The translations under genes and the position numbers were made by a program. From a virus (taxonomy: Duplodnaviria > Caudoviricetes), in IMG/VR virus record IMGVR_UViG_3300005805_000153, positions 1 to 43,893 of that record: a stretch of 43,893 bases of DNA; one strand, written 5' to 3'. The notes under the pieces are model-generated. The model was not told the origin of the DNA. It did not search any database and saw nothing but the letters and a program-made list of their open reading frames with translations. Below, piece by piece: positions 9,155 through 18,883 of this stretch (position 1 is its first letter; each line of letters starts with the position of its first letter).

Positions 9155-11014
9155 TTAGTCTCCTCCTAATGCTAGAATGAATGGTGTCATTGTTGAGAAC
9201 AAACTCTTGGAATAAAAAGTTCCAGAAATGGTTCCTGTTTGTTGATTAATCACAACACCATCACCAATTCTAAAATTACCAGATTGGTCAGTTGAAGTGA
9301 AAACTACTAGACCACCATTTCGACTATCAGTTTCATTATCTTGAATTGGAACACCACCACTTTGAGGAAATGCTGTTGCAATTGTCACACCAGCTCCAAT
9401 ATATTCAAGGGAATGCCCCGATGCTAACACTCTACTTTGTTTAAAGAATGGGGCACTCGTTCCAACGCCGACTGCATAAGGAACATTATCGTTCAATACA
9501 ATGGTACAAATTCCAGAAGATACTGGAGTAGAACTTAAAATAGAATAATATGTAGGAACAAGATTTGCAGTTCCAGTCGCGGTATTTATTCCAACATTTG
9601 GTGCCCCAAATGTCACGGTAGGACTAGAAGTATATCCTCTACCATTAGAGATCATTTCAATTTTAGTAACCGCTCCATTGATCACTTCTCCAACAGCAGT
9701 TGCTGGAATACCCCAAGGTTCGCTTGGGTTTCCAAACGTAATATCAGTATTTTGCGTATATCCTGTTCCACCAGAACCAATTGTTACGCCACCAATCGTA
9801 TAGTAAAGATTTTCAAGATAAACAACCTGACCATCAAAGGGTCTTACCGCATTGATCGCAACAGTTCCTCCAGAATTGTATGTATGTGGAAGAGTTGAAG
9901 CCCCAACATATACAGAAAAACTATTTGCAGCTCCAATTGATTGAACTTCAAAAATATGGCCATAGTTTCCTGATGGATAAGTGACAATTCCAGGACCAGA
10001 TGGGCAAGTAAATCCAAGACCCGCAACCGTAACTCCCATGCCAACTGCAAAATTATGATTTGCGTTTACTGTAATGGTAGCAAGTCCAGTAACATTATCA
10101 TACACTGCATTAGTGACGTTAAGTGTTGGTACATTTAAGTCCAATACGAAAGTATCACTATTTGCAGCTGCAGATGCAGTAATGATGCCAGTATATTTAA
10201 GTGGTCCAATACCATCCGCAACCAGTGCATAATTACCAAAAGATGAGTTGGAATTTGTTAAGTCACAGGCAGCTCCACTACCACAAAAAATGGCAGTTTC
10301 ATTACAGATAGTGAAGATAGAAACTAATTGTGCATATCCTTCATTTGTAATCGAAACTCCAATACCACCTTGATTGTATTGAGTATAAGAATCAACCACC
10401 ATCGATTTTGTTGGACCAATGGCATCAAGACCATTAATTCTCATTCCAATACTATTGGGAATGAAATTAGTACAATTTTGAATATAGGGCGACTGATTAA
10501 AGTATCCTACTTGTTCTGGATTAAAAGCAAATATAGCCTTTCCAGAATTAAGAGTGCCGGTGAAAGACATCTCCGCAAAATAGTTACCATTGGAGACGTA
10601 GAATAAATCCTCACCAGCATTTTGTGGTGATACTGATACCTCTCTAAGACTATCACCAACTATAGAAACTTGTTGTGGAATCTTAATTGGATTATTCTCT
10701 ACATAATATCCAGCACTAACTTTAATAACAGTTCCTGTTGTTGAGATTGCGACTGCTCCTGCAATTGAAGCTTTTGCATCTCCAAGTTTTTTTCCTGTAT
10801 TTGTGTCGCTTCCGTCTTTTGTGACATATACAATATTTGTTACTGTGGCACCTGCACCAATTCTAACGATATCTGTAGCAATACCAGAACGTTCTCTACG
10901 AGTATAGAGTTCAGCATCATTGGTATTAAGAGCCAGTTCTCCCAAAGGTAACTGGCCAGTTGTTGGTACTTTTCCAGGTACAGAAGATCGTTTAAACTTG
11001 ATGTTAGATGCCAT
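9155..11014 (-). CDS. Tail fibre-like structural protein
   Basis: Fibre-type N-terminus IKFKRSSVPGKVPTTGQLPLGELALNTND, beta-helix-like region, G/T/S-rich repeats. Confidence 0.7.
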   Translation of the reverse strand: MASNIKFKRSSVPGKVPTTGQLPLGELALNTNDAELYTRRERSGIATDIVRIGAGATVTNIVYVTKDGSDTNTGKKLGDAKASIAGAVAISTTGTVIKVSAGYYVENNPIKIPQQVSIVGDSLREVSVSPQNAGEDLFYVSNGNYFAEMSFTGTLNSGKAIFAFNPEQVGYFNQSPYIQNCTNFIPNSIGMRINGLDAIGPTKSMVVDSYTQYNQGGIGVSITNEGYAQLVSIFTICNETAIFCGSGAACDLTNSNSSFGNYALVADGIGPLKYTGIITASAAANSDTFVLDLNVPTLNVTNAVYDNVTGLATITVNANHNFAVGMGVTVAGLGFTCPSGPGIVTYPSGNYGHIFEVQSIGAANSFSVYVGASTLPHTYNSGGTVAINAVRPFDGQVVYLENLYYTIGGVTIGSGGTGYTQNTDITFGNPSEPWGIPATAVGEVINGAVTKIEMISNGRGYTSSPTVTFGAPNVGINTATGTANLVPTYYSILSSTPVSSGICTIVLNDNVPYAVGVGTSAPFFKQSRVLASGHSLEYIGAGVTIATAFPQSGGVPIQDNETDSRNGGLVVFTSTDQSGNFRIGDGVVINQQTGTISGTFYSKSLFSTMTPFILALGGD

Positions 11015-11066
11015 GTGGCTCTCTCAATCGGTATTTACCTTTAAGTTGATATGTATCAACTTTTCA

Positions 11067-14000
11067 TTATTTAGTCAGTTGATCCAATCTAGATTTTAAT
11101 TCATCAATTTGAATTTGTTGTTCTTTAACAGCCTGAACAAGAATGGCAACCATATTTAAATATGCAACACTCTTATATCCAGTTTTTTCATTCGTTGTTA
11201 CCAAAAGTGGAAGAACTTTCTCAATTTCTTGTGCAATAAATCCAATTGACTTAGTTCCATTTTCTTTCCAACTAAATTCAACTCCTCTAATTTTTTTAAC
11301 AGATTCAATAGCATTTTCAACTGTAACTATATCATCCTTCAATCTTTCATCAGAGGCATTTGTTAATGTATTTGTAGATGGATTATACTGAAGGGCAGAA
11401 TCAGTTCTGATTCTTTCACCAGCTCCAGTTGATGTTGCAAAATTTGCAACAAACGGGACATAATAGGTAGCGTTAGTTGTTGTTTCAAGAACATTGACAT
11501 TAATTGATGTAGTGGCAGTACCAGTAATATTGTCAACTGTTAAAGTATTGGTTGAGTAATTATATGAAAATTCAGCTTCTGTAGAACCAGAAGTCATTAT
11601 TCCACTAGTAACATTGGTTGTTACGACTCGGTGAGTTCCAGTTGGAGCAAGTAATGTAACACCAAGACCTGTTATGTTAGAACCATCACCATAAAGTGCA
11701 GTGGCATAAACGTTTGCCCATCTATTCGTGCTAGAACCAAGATTATATGTATTATTAGCTTGAGGGAGAATATTTCTAGAAGTGGTTACGCCAGTAATAA
11801 TTAGATTGTTTGTTAGACTTACATCTCCCGTTACACCTAACCTACCTCCAAGTGTAGAATTTCCAGTGGCATTAAAAGCAGCCGTTGTTAACGCAGTTCC
11901 AACTATAGCATTACTGGTAACATTAAGAGTATTTGTTGTTAACGCACCTCCAACTATAGCGTTACTAGTAACATTGAGATTAACTGTTGTTGAGCCAGCA
12001 GAAACGTTGAGATTTCCTAAAACAACATTCTGGAATGTTGTTGTTCCTGTAAAGGTAGAAATACCAGTAAGAAGAAGATTATTGGCAACAATCTGGCCAC
12101 GAATATCAAGACCATCTTGATCTCCAATGCGAGAAGCACTGGTAGAACCAACACCAATAGTATTAAGACTGAGTTTAGTTTGATCAGCTTCAGTAGAGAT
12201 TAATCCAAATCTTTTCCATCCAGCACTGGTATATACCCAACCAAGGTATCCACCAGATGTAGGAACGGAACTGAATACAAGATCACCTTCAATACCGGCA
12301 CCAGTTGGTTTTATCGGAGAATATGTAATTGTTCTGGATTGATCAAGACCAGCAGAAATGTCAAGTGACACAACTTCGATACCATCCAACGATGTTGATG
12401 TCAGTTTCTGTGTGACCTGTGTTGGTGCATTGAGTTTAACAGTTGTGTTGTTGATTCCATCAACAACTAAACCTTCACGAATATTAACACTGTCAAATAT
12501 AACATCAAGTCTTCCACTAGTTGCATCCGATGTTGCATCAGCTCCAGTTACAGTTGGGATAGGAATCTGGAAAGTAGTTTCAGTACCATCCAAAGAACTT
12601 ACTCTTCTGTTACCGATATAGAAATCACCAGCATCATTCATACCAGTGTAAACAACAGATCCACCTTTTTGTTGAATAGATTGTGACAGAAACTGTTCGT
12701 TTCTTGACAGGATTCTATCCTGTTTTTGAGGCATAGCCGTTGAGTAATTACCTGGTCCATATCCAAGATATTCAAAAGTATGTCCAGAAGCACGAAGAAT
12801 AGAGTATCTCCTATTCTCAATTGGAATTATACGAATTTTCTTAACAACAGATGATCCATCATGTTTCTCAGTTCTTGATCCAAGTTGACCTCTAAGAACA
12901 GTGGCTTGATTGGATGCAAAATCACTTGCAATCCTAATAATTTCTCCATCAATCTGCAAATAATCGCCTTTGTAAAAACCAGAACTATCGGACAACACAA
13001 GAGTTGTGGATGTTGTGGTGATACCAGCCGCACTAATTGTTGTACTTATACCAGCAACAAAAGGTACGTGTCTTTGAGCAATTTTTTCATCACCAGATCT
13101 AGTCAAGCCACCATGAGCACCATAAATGATAGGAAGAACATTACCACCAGAAACATAAGCTGTAGGAGCAAAATCTTCAGTGAACTTAAAAGTAAATGTA
13201 TTGATGCCAACTCTTTCATTTACAATAAACTGACCATTATAAATTGTTTGTGCAACACCAACGATCTTAAAGGGATTATTAACACTTAATCCATGTGGAG
13301 ATGATGTTGTAACTGTAGCGATTCCAGTTTTACCATCAGTATAAACAATGTTGGTAATTTTAGGAGCATCACCAGCAAGTAAGAAGAAACCAGTGTGAAT
13401 ACCTGTTGTTGGAGCAACATAAACACCAGGATCACTTCCAACATTGTAAGTGACAGATTTTTCTGTTAAACTAGTAATAGTGTGAATACCATTGTATCCA
13501 GAATTGTATCGGTTTCCAGAAGTTCCAACACCAACAATTTGAATTGCATCACCAATATTATTTTCAATTCTACTTACACTTACAGTAGAATCATTATTAC
13601 CAGACTGAATAGTTAAAGTGTTGCCAACAACATATGCTGAACCACCATCAACAATACTCAATGAAGTGACAGTACCAGCAGCACTTACAACAACATTTGC
13701 CGTTGCACCATGACCATTTCCACCACTTAAATGTACATTATAGAGAGTGGTTGAAACGCCAGGACCATATCCAGTTCCTGCAGTTGGAGTTCCAAGACCA
13801 ATAATACTGTTAAAGTTATGTTGTACATTAGTAAATACAGTACAAACACCAGAAGAAGAACCTACAGCACCAGTTATGGCATATCCAACCCTGTTGCTGA
13901 TAAGGAAATTATTTGCAAATTCCTTGGTAATACTCTTCTTAAGGTCATTTGTTACAACTTGACCAATGAGATTATTTACAGCAAAACTTGATGCTGCATC

Positions 14001-17000
14001 TGGATCCATGTTAAAGTTACTGGAATCAAATTGTGGATACAGGTCTTCAATTTGTTGGCTAAATTTATCAGTTGTAAACTCATTAACAATAGGCGAAATA
14101 CTTGTATCTACACAGGTTAAATGATAGACACCATCCTGTTTACTATATTCATGTGGTTTAAGAGTTTCAACACGATAAATTGTATAAGTTTCCTTGTATT
14201 CTTTTCTTGAAACGGTAGGTAAATTTTCATTTCTAATTGATACTGTGTTTGTAAAAGTACCAGGACTAGGATCACCTACACCAAAAACAACTTCAAATCC
14301 TTTAGAACTTGTAATACCAACTACAGTTTTAGTTACATTAAATCCAGTGTTTTTTGCACCAGTAGTATTAGTAGAACTGTAAACGTTGGAAAAATGAACC
14401 TTATCACCTACAATAAAGTTGTGTGGTTTTTCGGTTACAACAGTAGTAACACCAGTATTTGTGCTACGATCAATACTTTTTAAAATACGAAGATTTCTCT
14501 GTACATCAACATTTGGGATATTATTTGTAAAATCAGAAGCAGTTATTACACCAACAATACTGGATTCTTGAATAGAGTATCCAGGAACAGGTGCTTTAGC
14601 ATCAATAATTTCTTTTGGAATTACATATCTCAATCTATAGATTTTATCAGTTAAAGATCTTGTATCTTCCTTTCTTTTGAAAAATGTTTTACCACTTCTT
14701 GGCCCAATTGAAGTTTGATTATCTACAATTTTCTGCCAGAGTTCATTCGAAGAGGTTGTAATACCACCACGAATATACCAATTTCCATTATTTTCATCAT
14801 ATTGAATTGGATGACCAAAACTACCAGGAATTTTATCAGATACTCTAGAAATAACCGTTAAAACTCCACCCAAATTATTATCAATGGTAATAAAGTTGCC
14901 AGATCCCCCGAGAATAGCTTCATTCTCGCTTCTTGCAAGTTTAATTTGATCTGCAGCTAATGACTCATTCTGCGAATCATCTGTAACTGCATAGTAAATT
15001 TCATTGGTATCGAGACCATCTGGTAAATGACCATCGTCTGAAATAACACGAACACTCTCTCCAGCGTATAATTTATGACTTGATGAAAGTGTAATTGTGC
15101 TACTTGAGATGCTGTTCGCAACACCAACTCTACCGACAGTGTATATTTTTGCACCAATATCTCCTTCAGATCCATCAGGATTGATCATTCTAATGGGAGA
15201 TCTAAACGTTCCAACACCAGCAATAGTTACATATAAATGATCATTTTCAGTTTCATACATGCCACCAACTCTATATCCATCAATAACGTTTGGTGGAAGA
15301 ACATCACGATCAGTAAATCCATCAAGGAATAATTTGGCAGTTGTTCCAACGCCAACAGGAGCTGTAGTAAGTCCAACATTCAGGGAAAGCCATTCAACTG
15401 TTTTATTGGTTTTTACTTGACTTTGCGGAGGAACAATATGTGTGATGTATCCTCTATTATCTCTATCATAAGCAGACTCTTTAAATCCTGTTGATGCAAG
15501 AGATTTTGCACCAAAGTTAGAGTTAGAGTTGGTGATAGACATATCACCACCAGTATCAGCAATAAAATGTTTTGCATAACCAATTGCGAATACAGAAACA
15601 GATTGAATAAACGCATCATTAGAACACTTAATATGGAAGTTATCATATGATGGTTTATATACTGCACTACTGTTTAAGTATAGTGGTTTTTGGCTATCAT
15701 CAACTGTTGATACATCATCATATTGACCAGTTGTTGAATTATAGTATAAGAAAGCATTATCATCTTTCTGTAGGGACACGCCCGTGTATTGGGCAACAAC
15801 CATTGATTTAAAACCTGTGGCTTTAGATCCATCGGCGTGCATACCACACATGCCGTAGGTTGATCTTAATGTGATATTAAAAATATATGGAGATGCACCA
15901 GATACACTATCAGTATCAGGAATGATTACTTCATCACCAACAAGATCTGGTAGACCATCCAGAGGAGCACTTGATGATTCATATGTAAAGATACGTTCAC
16001 TAGATACACCAGTTACTGTATAGTTTCCGTTGTAAATGGTTGGATATGTATTGATACCAGAAACCCTAATAGGGCTATCGACAACAAGCCCGTGAGCTGT
16101 ATCACAATCTACAGTAATAGTTCTGGATGTGTTTGTCTTAGAACCAGAGCCGGCTCTAATACTACTAATACCGATGTTATTAGCAAACAAAGGCGCAACA
16201 ATTTGATATTCTGGCAGCTTAGACTGCATATCAACTGTGCCTGGAAAATCTCCAATCTCACGACCAGAACTATCACCATAGGCTCTTTGAACCTTGTGAT
16301 AGTACATTTGAAGATCGGTAGTGGTAGAAGACGTACCAACACCAACACCATTTACACCATCAGCATATTCAAAGACAGTGAGTTTATGGTGTGAAAAGTT
16401 TGGAGAATATCTATTACTTGTGTAATCTTTATATGCAGAGTTATTTGGATCAGCATCAAAGACTGAAAATTGCCAGAAATAAGTACCACCAGTGATACGG
16501 AAAATTGATGAATTTGTTACGGCATTATTTGTTGGATCTGGTACAAACTTTGGTCTTATTTTTGTCTTACGAAGATCAAGACCAACAATAGATACACCAC
16601 GAGGAATAATTACACCACCATCCGTGGAGTTGTACTTATAAAGATCGTTTTCAGAATCTTCTAAATTATAGTTACTTACAGTTGTTAATTGTGTTAAAGT
16701 TTTTACATTTCCATTTCTATCTCTGAATAGAGATTGATTTGGATTTGTAGGATCTACAACTACACTAAAACCAGGTCTATTATCAATTTCATGAGTACCT
16801 GGATATAACAAAACTGTGGTACGGTCAAACTTATCATTATTTTGACCAATTTGATATGAAAATCTAGCTGCCTCAAGTAGAGCTCTTTGGATAGTTTTGA
16901 AGGGTTTTGTTAATGAATTACCCTGGTTTTCAATACTATCAGTAGCATCTAAATCGGTAGGGTTTACATAAAGAATGTTACCTTCTACGTTTTTAAGGAA

Positions 17001-17024
17001 ATTCTCTAGTCTACTTAAAGGCAT
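11067..17024 (-). CDS. Large tail fibre/virion structural protein with C-terminal S74 chaperone domain
   Basis: Cyanomyovirus-type N-terminus MPLSRLENFLKN...PFKTIQRALLEAARFSY; C-terminal SDERLKDDI...GFIAQEIEKVLP. Confidence 0.82.
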   Translation of the reverse strand: MPLSRLENFLKNVEGNILYVNPTDLDATDSIENQGNSLTKPFKTIQRALLEAARFSYQIGQNNDKFDRTTVLLYPGTHEIDNRPGFSVVVDPTNPNQSLFRDRNGNVKTLTQLTTVSNYNLEDSENDLYKYNSTDGGVIIPRGVSIVGLDLRKTKIRPKFVPDPTNNAVTNSSIFRITGGTYFWQFSVFDADPNNSAYKDYTSNRYSPNFSHHKLTVFEYADGVNGVGVGTSSTTTDLQMYYHKVQRAYGDSSGREIGDFPGTVDMQSKLPEYQIVAPLFANNIGISSIRAGSGSKTNTSRTITVDCDTAHGLVVDSPIRVSGINTYPTIYNGNYTVTGVSSERIFTYESSSAPLDGLPDLVGDEVIIPDTDSVSGASPYIFNITLRSTYGMCGMHADGSKATGFKSMVVAQYTGVSLQKDDNAFLYYNSTTGQYDDVSTVDDSQKPLYLNSSAVYKPSYDNFHIKCSNDAFIQSVSVFAIGYAKHFIADTGGDMSITNSNSNFGAKSLASTGFKESAYDRDNRGYITHIVPPQSQVKTNKTVEWLSLNVGLTTAPVGVGTTAKLFLDGFTDRDVLPPNVIDGYRVGGMYETENDHLYVTIAGVGTFRSPIRMINPDGSEGDIGAKIYTVGRVGVANSISSSTITLSSSHKLYAGESVRVISDDGHLPDGLDTNEIYYAVTDDSQNESLAADQIKLARSENEAILGGSGNFITIDNNLGGVLTVISRVSDKIPGSFGHPIQYDENNGNWYIRGGITTSSNELWQKIVDNQTSIGPRSGKTFFKRKEDTRSLTDKIYRLRYVIPKEIIDAKAPVPGYSIQESSIVGVITASDFTNNIPNVDVQRNLRILKSIDRSTNTGVTTVVTEKPHNFIVGDKVHFSNVYSSTNTTGAKNTGFNVTKTVVGITSSKGFEVVFGVGDPSPGTFTNTVSIRNENLPTVSRKEYKETYTIYRVETLKPHEYSKQDGVYHLTCVDTSISPIVNEFTTDKFSQQIEDLYPQFDSSNFNMDPDAASSFAVNNLIGQVVTNDLKKSITKEFANNFLISNRVGYAITGAVGSSSGVCTVFTNVQHNFNSIIGLGTPTAGTGYGPGVSTTLYNVHLSGGNGHGATANVVVSAAGTVTSLSIVDGGSAYVVGNTLTIQSGNNDSTVSVSRIENNIGDAIQIVGVGTSGNRYNSGYNGIHTITSLTEKSVTYNVGSDPGVYVAPTTGIHTGFFLLAGDAPKITNIVYTDGKTGIATVTTSSPHGLSVNNPFKIVGVAQTIYNGQFIVNERVGINTFTFKFTEDFAPTAYVSGGNVLPIIYGAHGGLTRSGDEKIAQRHVPFVAGISTTISAAGITTTSTTLVLSDSSGFYKGDYLQIDGEIIRIASDFASNQATVLRGQLGSRTEKHDGSSVVKKIRIIPIENRRYSILRASGHTFEYLGYGPGNYSTAMPQKQDRILSRNEQFLSQSIQQKGGSVVYTGMNDAGDFYIGNRRVSSLDGTETTFQIPIPTVTGADATSDATSGRLDVIFDSVNIREGLVVDGINNTTVKLNAPTQVTQKLTSTSLDGIEVVSLDISAGLDQSRTITYSPIKPTGAGIEGDLVFSSVPTSGGYLGWVYTSAGWKRFGLISTEADQTKLSLNTIGVGSTSASRIGDQDGLDIRGQIVANNLLLTGISTFTGTTTFQNVVLGNLNVSAGSTTVNLNVTSNAIVGGALTTNTLNVTSNAIVGTALTTAAFNATGNSTLGGRLGVTGDVSLTNNLIITGVTTSRNILPQANNTYNLGSSTNRWANVYATALYGDGSNITGLGVTLLAPTGTHRVVTTNVTSGIMTSGSTEAEFSYNYSTNTLTVDNITGTATTSINVNVLETTTNATYYVPFVANFATSTGAGERIRTDSALQYNPSTNTLTNASDERLKDDIVTVENAIESVKKIRGVEFSWKENGTKSIGFIAQEIEKVLPLLVTTNEKTGYKSVAYLNMVAILVQAVKEQQIQIDELKSRLDQLTK

Positions 17025-17059
17025 TTCGCTATCCTGCGGCTTACAAGATTTCTTCTCCT

Positions 17060-17068
17060 TATATTTAG
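17060..17068 (-). promoter_or_regulatory. T4-like late promoter (CTAAATATA)
   Basis: TAAATA core about 37 nt upstream of the large fibre gene. Confidence 0.6.
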
Positions 17069-17080
17069 ACGATTACAACA

Positions 17081-17154
17081 TCGGGGCGATAGGACTTGAA
17101 CCTACGGCTTCTGCTTCCCAAAAGCAGCGCTCTACCAAACTGAGCTACGCCCCG
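17081..17154 (-). tRNA. tRNA-Pro(UGG)
   Basis: CGGGGCG acceptor stem, CTGCT-TT-TGG-GA-AGCAG anticodon arm, GGTTCAAG T-loop. Confidence 0.95.
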
Positions 17155-17206
17155 TGGTGGGTCGGATATGATGATCCCGACCCGTATGGTAGACATCGCC
17201 TACCAA

Positions 17207-17279
17207 AGCCCCCGACAAGACTTGAACTTGCGACAACCGCTTTACAAAAGCGGTGCTCTACCAGCTGAGCTACAAGGGC
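17207..17279 (-). tRNA. tRNA-Thr(UGU)
   Basis: GCCCTTG acceptor, CCGCT-TT-TGT-AA-AGCGG anticodon arm, GTTCAAG T-loop. Confidence 0.95.
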
Positions 17280-17326
17280 AAATGGGTCATAAGACCCAGG
17301 GGAGGGGATCCCGACCAGGGCGCTTT

Positions 17327-18016
17327 TTACGTCATCCCGAGACGATGTTTAAACAAAAACCTAAAAGGGCATTTTTTAGTTTTTGAGAATAATTTATTAC
17401 CTTCTTTAAAATTTTTAGACTGTGTTTTTACGAACTCCTGTATTAATGGATTATCATAAGACCACTCATAAATTTCACCTTTTTTATTTAATACTACTCC
17501 CCTATCTAAATTTCTTGAAAGAAATTTGATTCTAAAAATAGGATCACCTTTTTTTATAATAACAGGTTTGGAAGGATCTACAATAATTATTGCAAGACTT
17601 GTAGTTCTACTCCAATTAGATAAGTTAAACCAACCTTCAACGCAAGTATAGTTATTATTCAAAGATGTCAGTGGATGAGTAGAATATTCCATCCAAACAT
17701 CAGGATTATCAGTCCAAAAAGAAAAATTACAAAAATTTAATTGAAGTCCTATAGGATCTTCTTGATTTTCAAGAAGATCAATATATTTATTGTTACTACA
17801 CCATAAAAGATTTTCTTCTTTATTATATTTTAACTCAAAATCTACTGGAGAGTATCCAACAAAAGTCCTACATGATTTATGTCTAAAAACTGGACAATCA
17901 TTATAAAGATGAGTTTTATCTACAGTGTCATACTCTCGAACAAGTGTTGATATTTTATCTGGATTATCCGAGTGTTCTATGTAGTTAATTTTAAGTGGAA
18001 ACATTTGATCGTACAT
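17327..18016 (-). CDS. AT-rich hypothetical protein inserted in the tRNA cluster
   Basis: 229-aa ORF; IIKKGDPIFRI resembles a dUTPase-like fold motif; function unknown. Confidence 0.7.
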   Translation of the reverse strand: MYDQMFPLKINYIEHSDNPDKISTLVREYDTVDKTHLYNDCPVFRHKSCRTFVGYSPVDFELKYNKEENLLWCSNNKYIDLLENQEDPIGLQLNFCNFSFWTDNPDVWMEYSTHPLTSLNNNYTCVEGWFNLSNWSRTTSLAIIIVDPSKPVIIKKGDPIFRIKFLSRNLDRGVVLNKKGEIYEWSYDNPLIQEFVKTQSKNFKEGNKLFSKTKKCPFRFLFKHRLGMT

Positions 18017-18023
18017 AATCTAA

Positions 18024-18107
18024 TAGGACGAGAGGGACTTGAACCCTCACGAGATTACTCTCAACAGATTTTAAGTCTGGTGTGTCTACCACTTCCACCA
18101 CCGTCCC
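18024..18107 (-). tRNA. tRNA-Leu(UAA)
   Basis: 84 nt with long variable arm; CAGA-CT-TAA-AA-TCTG anticodon arm; no intron. Confidence 0.95.
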
Positions 18108-18110
18108 ATA

Positions 18111-18182
18111 TGGGAAATGCTAGATTTGAACTAGCGACCTCCGCGTTATCAGCACGTTGCTCTACCGCTGAGCTAATCTCCC
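18111..18182 (-). tRNA. tRNA-Ile(GAU)
   Basis: GGGAGAT acceptor, CGTG-CT-GAT-AA-CGCG anticodon arm, GTTCAAAT T-loop. Confidence 0.92.
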
Positions 18183-18189
18183 AAAAAAC

Positions 18190-18369
18190 TTAGAATAAAC
18201 TAAGTTGATCTTGGTTATTTAAGACATAAGTGGGTGGATGAAATGCACAATACTCATTGAATGTGATCTTCATCTCTTTATTTGTCAATCCCGCATTACG
18301 TGCGGCCTGTGGTAGATTCCACTTGGCAGAGAACAACATCTCCATTGACTTACGGGTTTCTTGCCTCAT
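18190..18369 (-). CDS. Small hypothetical protein (59 aa; not in ORF track)
   Basis: MRQETRKSMEMLFSAKWNLPQAARNAGLTNKEMKITFNEYCAFHPPTY...; fills the gap between the upstream ORF and tRNA-Ile; HTH-like. Confidence 0.7.
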   Translation of the reverse strand: MRQETRKSMEMLFSAKWNLPQAARNAGLTNKEMKITFNEYCAFHPPTYVLNNQDQLSLF

Positions 18370-18547
18370 CTTTTTTCAGTTGAAAATAAAGTTTGTAGTA
18401 CCTATTTTTGATTTCAGTAAGAGTTTTCATATCTTCTTGAAAACCCATATACTTTAGAAGTGCATAAGACCCTTCTAATTCACTAATGAGACGTAATACG
18501 TTGATTGAATTAACTTCATGACCACCAAATGTGTATTTGTTGGTCAT
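18350..18547 (-). CDS. Hypothetical protein (65 aa)
   Basis: ORF starts directly after tRNA-Gly, on the same strand. Confidence 0.7.
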   Translation of the reverse strand: MTNKYTFGGHEVNSINVLRLISELEGSYALLKYMGFQEDMKTLTEIKNRYYKLYFQLKKDEARNP

Positions 18548-18548
18548 A

Positions 18549-18619
18549 AGCGGGCGACGAGGTTCGAACTCGTGACAGGAGCTTGGAAGGCTCGCATGTT
18601 ACCACTACACCACGCCCGC
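18549..18619 (-). tRNA. tRNA-Gly(UCC)
   Basis: GCGGGCG acceptor, GAGC-CT-TCC-AA-GCTC anticodon arm, GTTCGAAC T-loop. Confidence 0.95.
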
Positions 18620-18817
18620 ATCTTGTGAAACGAGGGGAGATGCATATGAAACGTCCACACCGAATTCATTTGCAACACCAATAACACTCATAACACTAAA
18701 GAACTCATCAACGGTATCGCAGACGATTTCACGTTCATCACCAAGATTACTGGTGATATAGAATGCACGACGAGAAAGATCAATAACAGTTTTAGTTACG
18801 AACTCTTCTTCGATCAT
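18605..18817 (-). CDS. Hypothetical protein (70 aa), stop codon inside tRNA-Gly
   Basis: GAGGGGG ribosome-binding site and a promoter upstream. Confidence 0.7.
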   Translation of the reverse strand: MIEEEFVTKTVIDLSRRAFYITSNLGDEREIVCDTVDEFFSVMSVIGVANEFGVDVSYASPLVSQDAGVV

Positions 18818-18843
18818 TGGGTGTCCCCCTCGATTACCTATGT

Positions 18844-18872
18844 ATAATACCAGAGCCAGGGGTCTGGGGCAA
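18844..18872 (-). promoter_or_regulatory. Sigma70-like early promoter for the tRNA cluster
   Basis: TTGCCC-N17-TATTAT. Confidence 0.6.
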
Positions 18873-18883
18873 GGGCCCCTGTG

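Noticed and set aside
16975-17459. Plus-strand ORFs across the tRNA-Pro/Thr region
   Set aside because: They are antisense to tRNA genes and spurious
18024-18107. Group I intron in tRNA-Leu(UAA)
   Set aside because: The anticodon loop is contiguous and the gene is 84 nt
17081-18619. tRNA-Gly/Pro/Thr as a dedicated supply for the GPT collagen
   Set aside because: Collagen Gly codons are mostly GGT, which is not the cognate codon for tRNA-Gly(UCC), and these tRNAs are common in cyanomyoviruses generally
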